Below are positions 14,996 through 25,386 of a stretch of DNA of 64,000 nucleotides, one piece after another. Origin of the DNA: a virus; the IMG/VR virus record IMGVR_UViG_3300035698_019437, positions 32,001 through 96,000 of that record; one strand, 5' to 3'. The notes beneath the pieces were generated by a model. That model was not told the DNA's origin, made no database searches, and saw nothing but the letters and a program-made list of their open reading frames with translations. How positions within the stretch are numbered: position 1 is the first letter of the stretch; each line of letters begins with the position of its first letter. The position numbers and the translations under genes were made by a program.

Positions 14996-17617
14996 GTGTC
15001 CTTTTATAGAAGTATAAAGAAACAATTAAGTGATTGGGTTTTTTCGAATAAACCTAATCCTAAAGTAATAAAACTACAGCAAACTCTATATGATGTTCTT
15101 GCGCCTGATCAAGTAACTCAACTTATGGGTGCGATTCAAGAAGCTCATTTAGATACTATGCAAAACGAAGAACTCATGAAGTTTATTGAAGAAACAAGAA
15201 GACCCCCAGAAGAATTGTTCCCTTATTTACTAGAACACCTTAGAGGTCTTAAAGACGAAAACGCTAGAAGAGATCAAGTATATCAAGAAAGACAACAAGA
15301 GATTGAACATGTAAGTCCAGAAGCTAAGCAACAGATGGTGGAATACATTGAAGCTAATGGAATTTTCAATCAGATGGGTCAACTTGTAGGTGCAAAAGAA
15401 CCCGTTACTCAATCTCCTCCTGAGTCGGTTCCGGGTAATTTCCCATTCTTCACTCAGTTAGTTAATGAAAGAGCCACAAGTCAAGAGGGAGTTACAGACG
15501 AAGCGGCTGCTAGTAGATTTATTAATGCTGTTATGCAGTTGTATGAAAGTGGTGGAACTGCTAAAGAAGATCAGGAATCTGCACGTGTACCATCAGAGAT
15601 AGAAACTAGAATGTCACCGGAAGAGTTGCAACAGTTCGTTGGTCAACTAAATGCAGAGAACGCTCCTTGGGTTATAGAAAATCCAATCGCTGTTACCACT
15701 AAAACAGGTAAAGTAGTAGAACATTATCCAATATCGTTTATGTCTGAACAATCCTCTCAATTGATTGAGCAGTTTGTAACTACTAAAGGAGGTATGGATA
15801 GTTTTTTAAATCAATCTCCGGTTACAAGAAGAATTAGCGCGATCTTATCTGATTTGCAGAAGAAAAAAGGAATCAATGCAACTCGTGAGGAGATTTCTGG
15901 AAGATTTGCAAGTAGACTTATTAATTCACTGTCTCCCAGTAAAGCATATAGTGTTAACTCAGGTTCATTATATGATACTAAAGAACCAAGATTTGAGTTC
16001 TTTGCTAGACATCCAGAATACTTACCAGACGATTTGAAAAATGTCGTAGGTGGTACTCCACAAGGTAAAGCTGGCGCTAAGCCAAGAAGAGAACTACTTG
16101 GTGATAGAAAAGGTGAACTTTCTGGTATTGTTAGCGGTCTTGTAGCCGAAGGAAACGAAGAAATATTTAATTATGCAATGTCTCAAGCTCAATGGGCTGC
16201 TTTTAATGACATTGTAAGAGACAGAACTGATGAAGAAAATTTAGAAATAGGTGAAGAAGGCTCTGAAATGGAAAGGGCTGATTTCAAAGGTAGGCAAGAT
16301 GGTAATGGTAAGAGACAAGTCGCTCATGATTTTGGAACAGCTATAACACCAGAAGAAAAAGAAAGACAATCAGTAGCAATTGCTAATTATTTCAGAAATG
16401 TATTCAAGGATGTTGAGATTATATCAAACAAGATTGTTGAATATTTTAAAGCCAAAGGAAAGTACGGATACGCAGATGCCGTAAAATCCTATTTTGATCT
16501 AGCAGTTGATCAACTAGAACAAGTAATTAATCCAGATAATGACAAGCTTACTGAAGACTTGGCTAAGGCTGGTGTTGTTGCACATTATAAAACAGATACA
16601 GGACAAGTCCGTATATCAACTGATTCAGGAACTGTTGATTTAAGTAAACTAGTTAGTAGAAAACTTGTTTTGAAGCATCTTGATGAACTTGGAAGAAACA
16701 AATTAGAACTAAAAAAGGAAGTTGATAGGCGAGCTAGTTATGGAGAAAGCGATGAAAATATTGCTGTTATTCTTGAACAACAAATCAAATCTATTTTTGG
16801 AGAAAAAGCTGATCCTATTCAAGAAGTAAATGCTTTGAGAAGCCAGTCATCTGAAGATATCCAAGCAGAATATTTGATTCCATCAGAAAACGATGTACAG
16901 CAATGGCAGAGAGAAGAAGGTGAACTTATGTTGAAAGTTGTTAACTTCTACGCCGATCATCCAGATATGGATTCTTCAAAAATTACGACTGAACTTGGAT
17001 TTAAAAGGACAGGCGGAAAGGGATATGCTGGTACTCATAGATTCTTTCCATTCTCCAATGCTCAGGTTAAGAATGTTATAGGCTTGGTTGAATCTCTTGG
17101 AGTAGATGGTGCTAGACAAGATATTACTAATAGGTATATTGAGCAGGTCGATCCTAAGTTCAATAAAGTATATAATAGACAAGTTCAAAGAAGACATACA
17201 GTTAAGCTTACGGAATATCCCGGCCAAACTCATGCAGGCGGTTGGATTCCAGAGATTATTCCTCTTATAGCCTCTACAGACCCGATGGCTAGAAAATTTG
17301 TATTTGATATGATTAGGATTCATACTAATATTTCTGGTGGTCGTGCTTGGGGAAGACCTACTACGGCTGCTTATTATGAACTTCTAGGTAAAGAAGTTCC
17401 ACCGGAAGCTGCTGCTGGTGTAGCCGAATACAATAGTAAGAGAAAAAAAGCATCTATGATATATCAATCTTATCTAATTGCTGAAAAAAGAATAGAGCAG
17501 CTTAAAGAAGAGAAAGAATCTCTTAACAAGTTGGCATCGACAGATGCTATCGATTACATGATAGATAGTGTAGTATCGAATACTTTAACTGAAATGGGTA
17601 TTTTTAGGATGTTATAA
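14996..17617 (+). CDS. large hypothetical protein (possible internal virion protein)
   Basis: GTG start with AGGAG SD; 873 aa, charged and helical in composition. Confidence 0.8.
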   Translation: MSFYRSIKKQLSDWVFSNKPNPKVIKLQQTLYDVLAPDQVTQLMGAIQEAHLDTMQNEELMKFIEETRRPPEELFPYLLEHLRGLKDENARRDQVYQERQQEIEHVSPEAKQQMVEYIEANGIFNQMGQLVGAKEPVTQSPPESVPGNFPFFTQLVNERATSQEGVTDEAAASRFINAVMQLYESGGTAKEDQESARVPSEIETRMSPEELQQFVGQLNAENAPWVIENPIAVTTKTGKVVEHYPISFMSEQSSQLIEQFVTTKGGMDSFLNQSPVTRRISAILSDLQKKKGINATREEISGRFASRLINSLSPSKAYSVNSGSLYDTKEPRFEFFARHPEYLPDDLKNVVGGTPQGKAGAKPRRELLGDRKGELSGIVSGLVAEGNEEIFNYAMSQAQWAAFNDIVRDRTDEENLEIGEEGSEMERADFKGRQDGNGKRQVAHDFGTAITPEEKERQSVAIANYFRNVFKDVEIISNKIVEYFKAKGKYGYADAVKSYFDLAVDQLEQVINPDNDKLTEDLAKAGVVAHYKTDTGQVRISTDSGTVDLSKLVSRKLVLKHLDELGRNKLELKKEVDRRASYGESDENIAVILEQQIKSIFGEKADPIQEVNALRSQSSEDIQAEYLIPSENDVQQWQREEGELMLKVVNFYADHPDMDSSKITTELGFKRTGGKGYAGTHRFFPFSNAQVKNVIGLVESLGVDGARQDITNRYIEQVDPKFNKVYNRQVQRRHTVKLTEYPGQTHAGGWIPEIIPLIASTDPMARKFVFDMIRIHTNISGGRAWGRPTTAAYYELLGKEVPPEAAAGVAEYNSKRKKASMIYQSYLIAEKRIEQLKEEKESLNKLASTDAIDYMIDSVVSNTLTEMGIFRML

Positions 17618-17618
17618 T

Positions 17619-17789
17619 ATGAGAATATATTGTGTATGTGAATGCGGTGAACACTCTGAAGATGAAGCTACAATAGAAATAAATTTTGGCGAAGAATGTA
17701 TGTATTTTGTATGTCCAAAATGCAAAAAAGAAAACAAGATTATTCTTAGACCGCCAGATAATTCACTTCCAAGAGTAAGAATGAGATAA
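17619..17789 (+). CDS. small Zn-ribbon protein (not in the ORF track)
   Basis: MRIYCVCECG...CPKCKKEN, 56 aa; TAATG overlap with 17789. Confidence 0.75.
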   Translation: MRIYCVCECGEHSEDEATIEINFGEECMYFVCPKCKKENKIILRPPDNSLPRVRMR

Positions 17790-18382
17790 TGTATCTTGTA
17801 ACCAATAAAAGTGGTAGCGAATTAGTAATAGCCGATCTTGGTATATCAATATCACCAAGACAAGCTATGGATTTAGATAAAGTGTGCAAAAACCCACCAG
17901 AGTCATCTAAGGATTTAAAACTAAGTATAAAATTAGGTATGCTTAAAGTAGTTAAAAGTGATAGAAAGAAAAAAAGAAAAGACGTAACCAAGAAGATAAC
18001 TAAAGAAATACATAAAGTAGACAAGTCTATGCTTGGGGATATCAAAGATATTATTCGCGATGAGTTAAAGAAACTACAACCAACGCAACAAACAGAAGAC
18101 CCAAGGATGTCTCAAGTATTGAAAGCTTTAGGAACATTGTTACAACAAAAGCAGAATGTATCTAAAGAAACTATAAGAGAAGTTATTATAAACCATAATC
18201 CAGAAGATGAAGATGAAGATAAAGACCTTAATATTGATGAAGATATTCTTACTGAGATTCATGCTAGAACAGTTAATAGGATAGCTAAAGAAACTACAAC
18301 AGGGGTCATTACATATAAGAATGAACAAGTTAAATCTGATATTGATAAAAAGGTGTCAGAGTTAGATGATCTACTCGGATAG
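17789..18382 (+). CDS. hypothetical protein upstream of the actin-like gene
   Basis: 197 aa; C-terminus KKVSELDDLLG. Confidence 0.8.
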   Translation: MYLVTNKSGSELVIADLGISISPRQAMDLDKVCKNPPESSKDLKLSIKLGMLKVVKSDRKKKRKDVTKKITKEIHKVDKSMLGDIKDIIRDELKKLQPTQQTEDPRMSQVLKALGTLLQQKQNVSKETIREVIINHNPEDEDEDKDLNIDEDILTEIHARTVNRIAKETTTGVITYKNEQVKSDIDKKVSELDDLLG

Positions 18383-18426
18383 AAGACAAATTCCGATATT
18401 ATAAAAGTAAATTTAGGAGACAATTT

Positions 18427-19542
18427 ATGTCTAATTCAGCTATACGAGGTGTTGACCTTGGAACGATGTTTTTTCAAGTTGCAGAGTCGGCAGAAGATAA
18501 ACAGATAAACATCAAAACAACTAGAAATGCATTTGTAGAGTTGGCAGAGTCTGAAGATATTGAAGACGTTCTTAGTCAAAACAAATGGCAATATGTGAAA
18601 GATGGTAAGAAATATTATGTTATAGGCGAAGACTCTTTAAGAGTAGCTAAGATGTTCCCTGGAAAAGTCGAACTTAGGAGACCTCTTAGAGATGGTGTTT
18701 TGAACAAAGGCGAAGAAAAGAAGATGCTTATTCTAGCAGAACTTATTGAGTCATCAATTGGTATCGCACCAGATGATAACTCTTTAGTCTGCTTTTGTGT
18801 TTCATCTCAATCCGTTGATGGTTCTGCCGACAGTACGTTCCACAAGGCTAGACTTTCAGGTATGTTTAAAAGACTTAAGTGGAATACAAAAGTCATTGAA
18901 GAAGGAATGGCAATAATTTTATCTGAGAGACCAACTGTTATAGAACCAGATGGTGAAGAATCTCCATACAGCGGCATAGGTATATCTTTTGGCGCAGGTA
19001 GAGTAAACTGTGTTTTAGCCTACAAGGGTTTACAAGTTATAGGGATGTCTTGTGCTAGAAGTGGAGACTGGATTGATAAGAAGGTTTCTGAACAGACGGA
19101 TACGCCTATTTCTCAAGTAACGTCTAAGAAAGAAAAATCTTTAGATTTTAATAACATAGATTATGATGATGACGTTTTGTTTGCGTTAGATGCATACTAT
19201 GGTTCTATGATAGAGTTTGTTTTCGGTCATTTTTCCAAGAAATTCTCTGAAGTTAAAAGCCAATTTGATGCTCCTCTTGATATTGTTGTTGCTGGAGGCA
19301 CCTCAATGCCTAAAGGATTTTGCGACAAAATTGAGGAAGTAATAAGAGGACTAGACTTGCCGTTTGAGGTAAAGTCAATTAGAAGAGCATCGGACCCAGT
19401 GAATACCGTAGTTAAGGGTTGTTTGACTCAAGCTATGGTTTCACAGAAGAAATTGGCTAAAGACAAAATAGAAACCAAAGAAGAAAAACCGGTTTCTCTT
19501 GAGAAAAAGGCAGATGATTTGTCTGACATTCTTGGAGAATAA
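18427..19542 (+). CDS. actin-fold ATPase (MreB/MamK/ParM-like)
   Basis: Phosphate-1 GVDLGT, connect-1 IEEGMA, phosphate-2 GISFGAG, adenosine VAGGTS, connect-2 VVKG. Confidence 0.85.
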   Translation: MSNSAIRGVDLGTMFFQVAESAEDKQINIKTTRNAFVELAESEDIEDVLSQNKWQYVKDGKKYYVIGEDSLRVAKMFPGKVELRRPLRDGVLNKGEEKKMLILAELIESSIGIAPDDNSLVCFCVSSQSVDGSADSTFHKARLSGMFKRLKWNTKVIEEGMAIILSERPTVIEPDGEESPYSGIGISFGAGRVNCVLAYKGLQVIGMSCARSGDWIDKKVSEQTDTPISQVTSKKEKSLDFNNIDYDDDVLFALDAYYGSMIEFVFGHFSKKFSEVKSQFDAPLDIVVAGGTSMPKGFCDKIEEVIRGLDLPFEVKSIRRASDPVNTVVKGCLTQAMVSQKKLAKDKIETKEEKPVSLEKKADDLSDILGE

Positions 19543-19547
19543 AAAGA

Positions 19548-20282
19548 ATGGGTTATTGTACCCAAACTCATATTGAAAGAATAATTGCTCAATCGTTAAC
19601 TACTGCATCTCCTGATGACTTGGATACGCCTGTAGATTTGCTTAAGATTGGCAACACATTCGATACTAACGTAATTCCAGAAAGCACAGTTGATCAATAC
19701 ATTACATGGGCTGATGAAGAGATTAACGCATTTCTTAGCGAATTATATATTACTCCATTCTGTGAATTATCAGATTTTGAGACTCCTCTATTAGCAGATA
19801 TCAACGAATATAACCCATATATTATTACATGTAAACGATGTCCATTCAATATTGGGGATATTATTGTTCTAATAGACGGAAAAATTCAAGAAAGACATAT
19901 TATAGATGAGGTTGTTAACAGCGTAGATAGAAACGTATTTGGAACGGAAGAAGCAATTGTTAACGATTTTAGTTCAAGCACTACCAGAGTTGTTCGCGTA
20001 AAGTTTCCCGAACCAATTACTCTAATGTCAGCTAGATTAGCCGCTGCTAATATATACGATAAGTATTTCGCATCTCAGTCAGACCCTAATGAATCTAAGT
20101 TTGGACAATATCTTAGACTTCAGGTCAGACAAGAAGTAAATAATATATTAACTGGAAGAACTATATTACATGGTCAACATCGAATAGGAAGAAGATTCTA
20201 CAATCCAACACTGGTTGATAGATACGGATTACCGGGTTCTGTTGGAGACGATAGTAATATAGATGATTTAGGCAAAGCATGA
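19548..20282 (+). CDS. head-tail adaptor (Mu gp36/DUF1320-like) with an inserted beta domain
   Basis: YCT..I..I...A..EINAFL..LY.TP pattern; position upstream of the tail genes. Confidence 0.6.
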   Translation: MGYCTQTHIERIIAQSLTTASPDDLDTPVDLLKIGNTFDTNVIPESTVDQYITWADEEINAFLSELYITPFCELSDFETPLLADINEYNPYIITCKRCPFNIGDIIVLIDGKIQERHIIDEVVNSVDRNVFGTEEAIVNDFSSSTTRVVRVKFPEPITLMSARLAAANIYDKYFASQSDPNESKFGQYLRLQVRQEVNNILTGRTILHGQHRIGRRFYNPTLVDRYGLPGSVGDDSNIDDLGKA

Positions 20283-20596
20283 TAAACATAAAATCTACAG
20301 GCGGAAAAGAAATCATAAGCTCTTTGACCAATCTCGAAGAAGGATTGGATGCTATGCCTAAAACTCAAACAGAAGAGATTGTCAAAGATTCTCAGTTTAC
20401 AGAAGGTAAAAATATAATCAACGAAAATGTTCTTAGTCCAACAAACAAAAGTGCAAGATATGAAGCTAGATATTTATCTGCTAGAAAACAAAAGGGTTTT
20501 GATGAAAGTAAAACTGAAGATAGTGAATTAGCGGAGGCAGAAGAAGAGGTTATAAACAGATTTTTCAGGGATTACTTTGATAATTTGCTTTTTTAA
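20279..20596 (+). CDS. hypothetical protein (neck region)
   Basis: ATGA overlap; synteny only. Confidence 0.65.
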   Translation: MINIKSTGGKEIISSLTNLEEGLDAMPKTQTEEIVKDSQFTEGKNIINENVLSPTNKSARYEARYLSARKQKGFDESKTEDSELAEAEEEVINRFFRDYFDNLLF

Positions 20597-20599
20597 ACT

Positions 20600-21496
20600 A
20601 TGGAAGATATACTAGACAGTGTTAGAAGAATCATTTCAAGATGGACTGCCACGAGCGTTCCCATCACATCTGACATTTCGCGCGGTGATACTAATGTTCA
20701 ATTAAGATCAACGATACGTCTAAAAGAAAATGACGAAATAATATTTAGGACATCTACTCAAGGTGAAACTCCTGTCATAGTAACTTCAATTGTAGACGAT
20801 ACGAATATTACTATATCATCTCCCGCAAGGTTTGATTGGGCAGTAGCCGATAACGCACTGGTTGAAAAGACATTTAATCAAATGTTTATTCAAGGAATTT
20901 ACGTTGGTGAACCAGAAAATATCCCAAGATATCCAGCTATTACTGTTAATCCTGTAAGCAGAGATTCAGAATGGCTTACGATTGATAGTACAAAAGAAGA
21001 TTACAGGCTCCAAATAACAGTATATGTAGAAGATGCTACGCAAGAATCTGGATATAGATTTCTTCTGAAGGTGGTAAAGGCAATTGAATTCGGCCTTAAA
21101 CAGAATATATATCCATTGGTAGGGGAATATGATACTGTAGCATTGACATCAGATACAGCCAAGGGAGATGTTTTTATTAAAGTAGCGGATACATCTGTTT
21201 TTGAACAGTATAGTAGAATTATGGTAGAAGACCCATATGTTACAGAAGAAAAAACAGTAGATGAAATAATAGATGCTACTACTTTGAAAATATCTCCTAG
21301 TATTTGCGAACCATTTACAGTCAGTTCAAATACGCAAGTTATCAATGTAAACCGATTTATATATAACTCTTGGCCCGAACACATAGATTATGGAAAAGTT
21401 TTCAGAGGCACTATGCTAAAAGCAGCAACAATTGACTGGTTTGCTTGGGAAGAAGAAGTCCAAGGACAGCCGCCAATTGATGTGCATCTGTGGTAA
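20600..21496 (+). CDS. putative tail terminator/completion protein with two inserted beta domains
   Basis: YPAITVNP..YRLQITVYV pattern; repeated TSD..GD..inserts; synteny. Confidence 0.5.
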   Translation: MEDILDSVRRIISRWTATSVPITSDISRGDTNVQLRSTIRLKENDEIIFRTSTQGETPVIVTSIVDDTNITISSPARFDWAVADNALVEKTFNQMFIQGIYVGEPENIPRYPAITVNPVSRDSEWLTIDSTKEDYRLQITVYVEDATQESGYRFLLKVVKAIEFGLKQNIYPLVGEYDTVALTSDTAKGDVFIKVADTSVFEQYSRIMVEDPYVTEEKTVDEIIDATTLKISPSICEPFTVSSNTQVINVNRFIYNSWPEHIDYGKVFRGTMLKAATIDWFAWEEEVQGQPPIDVHLW

Positions 21497-21513
21497 GAAA
21501 GGAAGAGTAAACC

Positions 21514-22710
21514 ATGAAACTACTCACCGTCAGTGCATCTCCGTACCTACTCACACGACTTGGAAAGATGAATTCAGATTTTTTATGCTATCTGAAGGAA
21601 CAAGGTCACGAAGTTTCTTCTGCTGTTTGGCATTTAGACAGAAGTTGGTTTATGCCTAATGAAGAAGGAATTTACTCTTATGAAAAAGATGGCGATAAGA
21701 TATGCGAAATTCATCCATTCAATCATTTGTCTGAACAATCTTCAACAAGTTTGTATGAGATAATGAAGAAAGTTCAACCAGATGTAGTAATTACTATTGG
21801 CGACTATTTTGAGTCAATGTGTGTTGCTCCTATTAAATCCATGTACCCAGAAACATTCAATTGGATTGCGGTATTAACTATTAATGCTGCTCCAATAAAC
21901 GAAACTTTCAAAGAAATATTTGATAATATTGATTTTGCGATATCAACTACCAAAAAAGGGAGCAAGATGGTTAGTGATATTATGCAAGACAAGTGCGAAT
22001 ATATACCTTATGGACCTGACCATAGTATATATAAGCCAACGGATCAGCTAGATGATGATGTTTTTAGGGTAATGAGCTGTGACAAAAACTCTCAATCGAC
22101 TAATTTACCGTGTTTGATAAGTGCTTTGTCTAATCTAAAGGATAAGAAAGTAAAAGCTTATCTTCATACTAACATATATGAATTAGGAGATTATGACTTA
22201 AATATCCTCATTGATAGGCATGATCTTTCTTCTTTGGTAGAATTACCTGGTAGATTTGTGGGTCTAAATGATGGATTTACAACAGAAGAACTTAATGAAC
22301 AATATAACAAATCTGATGTTATTGTTGATGTAGCGGTTAAGTCTTCAACAGGATTGTCGGTTTTGGAAGCGATGTCTACTGGGTGTATCCCAATATGTTC
22401 AGAAACAAATGCTTTGTTAGAAATATTGCAAATGTTGCCAGAAGATATGAGGTTTTTGGCAGTAGGAACGGAATACATAGGTGAAAGAGAAGAATCCTAT
22501 GCCGTAACATCTTGGAGAGACGTTAGTAATTGTATATCTGATATTTATTATACAAAGTTTAACAATCCTGACAAATACAGGATATGGAGACAGAAAAGCA
22601 TTGAAGTGGCTGCAAAATTTTCAAAGGACAAGATTGTAAAAAGAGTAGAAGAAATAATAAAGGAAAGCAAAGATCATAAAAGTAAGATTAGTATAGAAAC
22701 TGTATCGTAG
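21514..22710 (+). CDS. glycosyltransferase, GT4/GT-B
   Basis: YNKSDVIV..GLSVLEAMSTGCIPI motif. Confidence 0.85.
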   Translation: MKLLTVSASPYLLTRLGKMNSDFLCYLKEQGHEVSSAVWHLDRSWFMPNEEGIYSYEKDGDKICEIHPFNHLSEQSSTSLYEIMKKVQPDVVITIGDYFESMCVAPIKSMYPETFNWIAVLTINAAPINETFKEIFDNIDFAISTTKKGSKMVSDIMQDKCEYIPYGPDHSIYKPTDQLDDDVFRVMSCDKNSQSTNLPCLISALSNLKDKKVKAYLHTNIYELGDYDLNILIDRHDLSSLVELPGRFVGLNDGFTTEELNEQYNKSDVIVDVAVKSSTGLSVLEAMSTGCIPICSETNALLEILQMLPEDMRFLAVGTEYIGEREESYAVTSWRDVSNCISDIYYTKFNNPDKYRIWRQKSIEVAAKFSKDKIVKRVEEIIKESKDHKSKISIETVS

Positions 22711-22732
22711 AAGAATATTTTTTAATGAACAA

Positions 22733-22757
22733 AGGAAAGATGTAGTTATTTACGAAT
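22733..22757 (+). promoter_or_regulatory. AGG-N18-GAAT promoter-like motif
   Basis: AAAGGAAAG..CGAATAA upstream of the tail tube operon. Confidence 0.6.
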
Positions 22758-22803
22758 AATGAACTAATGACATGCTAGTAATAGCATTTACAGGAGAATT
22801 AAA

Positions 22804-23172
22804 ATGGCCGTTATTTCAGGTACTGATTATAGAGCAATCTCTGATGATTACGGAGATGCATATGAAACCGCACAGCAGGTAAAAGACTTTTTGTTTGATG
22901 CCGTTTATAAAGTTGTACTTTTGCAGGTTATTATTCCTGAAGTTGATTTGCTTCAATCATACTGGGACAGCTACTTGGTAAACACCCCAATATATACTTC
23001 ACCAGTTAATTTTACTGCTGCTGTAAAAGCATTGCAATCTCACGTTTTAACTAGAGGCGGATATGCAACTGTTGATGCTTACTTAGCTGCTGAAGGAATC
23101 TTGGTACAAGCATCTTGGGCAGATTTGTCTGCTGATGCGGGTTACCCAATTGGTAGTGCATACATAGAATAA
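22804..23172 (+). CDS. hypothetical (likely virion) protein
   Basis: AGGAG SD; lies before the tail tube gene. Confidence 0.8.
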   Translation: MAVISGTDYRAISDDYGDAYETAQQVKDFLFDAVYKVVLLQVIIPEVDLLQSYWDSYLVNTPIYTSPVNFTAAVKALQSHVLTRGGYATVDAYLAAEGILVQASWADLSADAGYPIGSAYIE

Positions 23173-23200
23173 GCATAGGAAAAGTATAGGAGTAAACTAA

Positions 23201-24136
23201 ATGGCAATATCACCACCATTAGCTAGTCTTGGCTTTGTAGGATATATTGTCTTCGAGAACGCTGCAACATCCGGAGGCAACATAAATGTCAGGTCTACCT
23301 CGTGTGATTTGAAACTCAGCCAAACTATCGACAAACCAGATGTTGTTGACAGTAAATATGACAAAACTGTTTATCAACTTGGTCCGAAGGAAGTTGGAGG
23401 TTCAATCGCATTCCCGGCTGTTCACGAAGATACTGAAGCTTCTATACAAGCTATGTGGAGAAGAGCAGTAGAAAGAGATTCAAACGGAAGACTAAAAGAT
23501 TTTAACGTAGTTGTCAAGTACGCTGATCAAAATTCGTTATTCAGGTACAAAAACTGTATTTGCGATACGTTTGAGTTCAGTGTAACTCAAGGTGATGTTG
23601 TTAATGTAAGTACTGGACTTATTGGTATAAGTAGAGAGACAGTTACTGATAGATTTATTGAATATAACTTCCGTAACTCAAGAATTGTAACTTGGAACGA
23701 TGCTATAGTTGAAATCGGAAACTCAGCAGGATTACTGACTAGTGGTATTCCAAGTTCTCATATACGAGAATTTACTGCAACGTTAGAAAACAACTCAGAT
23801 AGATTCTATACTTTGAACGGCAGATTAGAGCCGCAAGATGTTGCCGCTATGAAGAGAGATATAGATGGTTCTATAGTTGTTATGGGTAGACATCCTAACT
23901 TAGGTGCTTTGGCTCTAGGAAACGAAAATAGATGTACTGAACAAACATACATAGATTTTGGATACACCTTACAAACAGGCGATTGTGTTGGTAGTTGGTT
24001 AATTAGGCTTCCGGGTGTAGTATTCGAAATCGAAGAATTAGCCCTTACTAATGATCTGTTTGAAACTACGATGAACTGGCATGCCCTTACTGGAGCTGTT
24101 TACAGAGAAGGCGAATCAGAGAACTTCGAAATTTAA
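23201..24136 (+). CDS. major tail tube protein
   Basis: 311 aa, beta-rich, two repeated tube-like halves (VGGSIAF / IDGSIVV); precedes the chaperones and tape measure. Confidence 0.7.
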   Translation: MAISPPLASLGFVGYIVFENAATSGGNINVRSTSCDLKLSQTIDKPDVVDSKYDKTVYQLGPKEVGGSIAFPAVHEDTEASIQAMWRRAVERDSNGRLKDFNVVVKYADQNSLFRYKNCICDTFEFSVTQGDVVNVSTGLIGISRETVTDRFIEYNFRNSRIVTWNDAIVEIGNSAGLLTSGIPSSHIREFTATLENNSDRFYTLNGRLEPQDVAAMKRDIDGSIVVMGRHPNLGALALGNENRCTEQTYIDFGYTLQTGDCVGSWLIRLPGVVFEIEELALTNDLFETTMNWHALTGAVYREGESENFEI

Positions 24137-24241
24137 TAGACGTATAAAGTCCCTACAGAATATCAATTTTGTTCTAATCCCTGTACTCATCCCATTATCT
24201 TCCGATAATACAGTACAGGAATAATCTATAGGAGTGATAGC

Positions 24242-24685
24242 ATGTCTCTATTTGATACAAGTGAACAACAGATTGAAGTTGTACTGTACTACAAAGAAGT
24301 AAAAACCAAGCATGGGATAAGAAAAATCGTTGTTATTGAAGAAGAAGAAGCAAAAAAGATGGCTAAAGATCATCCTGATGACAAGTCTATTAAGAATATA
24401 ATTACATTCTGGAAAGAACTATCATGGAAAGACGATACCGATCTTGTAAAAGAGGCTACTGTTCGTAATCAAATGACAGGACTTACAGAATTTGATCCGT
24501 TCATGTATAGACAAAATAAGATTAGAAAATGTCTGACAGGTTGGAATATTAAAGATGATAACAATAACAGTATCACGTTTAGCATGGATTTGTTAGATAA
24601 AATGCCAGCAGATGTTGTTTATTCTTTAGTATCCAAGTACGAAGGTATTGTTGGGTTAGAAGAAGAAGAAGAAAAAAAATCATAA
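24242..24685 (+). CDS. tail assembly chaperone (G-like)
   Basis: LTGWNIKDD..I.F...LDKMP motif; ends in a slippery run. Confidence 0.7.
   Translation: MSLFDTSEQQIEVVLYYKEVKTKHGIRKIVVIEEEEAKKMAKDHPDDKSIKNIITFWKELSWKDDTDLVKEATVRNQMTGLTEFDPFMYRQNKIRKCLTGWNIKDDNNNSITFSMDLLDKMPADVVYSLVSKYEGIVGLEEEEEKKS
24673..24679 (+). other. -1 programmed frameshift heptamer A AAA AAA
   Basis: The -1 frame is open (K-I-I-M) into ORF 24685. Confidence 0.6.
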
Positions 24686-24906
24686 TGGCAATGGTTGATC
24701 TGCTGAAAGGCAGGTGGCCTAAAACACAACCATTGCCGGAAGAAATAACAGAGTATTTTTTGGCCGAAAAATTCGGGTGGACATTACATTATATAAGAAA
24801 TGGGATGTCTCCTAGAGATGTACAAGTTACTGTACAGCTATTAAACCTACATCAAAGATTTATAGCAGGTGATTTAGATTCGACTGCTAAAAAGGAGAAG
24901 TCATGA
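24685..24906 (+). CDS. tail assembly chaperone T-like segment
   Basis: Y.LAEKFGWT..YI..M pattern; in the -1 frame of the upstream gene. Confidence 0.65.
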   Translation: MAMVDLLKGRWPKTQPLPEEITEYFLAEKFGWTLHYIRNGMSPRDVQVTVQLLNLHQRFIAGDLDSTAKKEKS

Positions 24907-25319
24907 GCGGAATATTTATAGAACCCAATGAAGAAATAGAAATCAACATTTTTGTGGCGATATCGGAAAAGGGAGAAGTATTTTCAGATACAGATTTGAA
25001 ATTAGTAGAAGAAGACTTTGAAGGAAATAAAGAAGATATTGTAACATATACAGTTAAGTTTCGTAAACCAGACTATAAGGCAGAGGTCGAAATATATTCT
25101 GATATACTCAAATCAAACCAAGATGGTGAGAGCAATACAGAGTCTCCTTTGAGTTTAGACTTGGCTGGTGTAACCTATAAGAGATTTGTTACACTTATAA
25201 AAAGTTGGACGTTTAAGGATGATGAAGGTAAGGCTATTCCGCCGACGCAGGAGAATATAGATAAGCTACATCCATCAATTGCAAGAGCTATCACGTCAGA
25301 GTTGGCTGATCATGTTTAA
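24903..25319 (+). CDS. second tail assembly chaperone paralog
   Basis: LIKSWTFKDDEGKAIP..ENIDKL resembles the C-terminus of 24242. Confidence 0.6.
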   Translation: MSGIFIEPNEEIEINIFVAISEKGEVFSDTDLKLVEEDFEGNKEDIVTYTVKFRKPDYKAEVEIYSDILKSNQDGESNTESPLSLDLAGVTYKRFVTLIKSWTFKDDEGKAIPPTQENIDKLHPSIARAITSELADHV

Positions 25320-25386
25320 ATAAAAAGGGATATGACGTATAGTTTATTAATGTAATACTAATAATCCCCTGTACTATTCGTGTATT

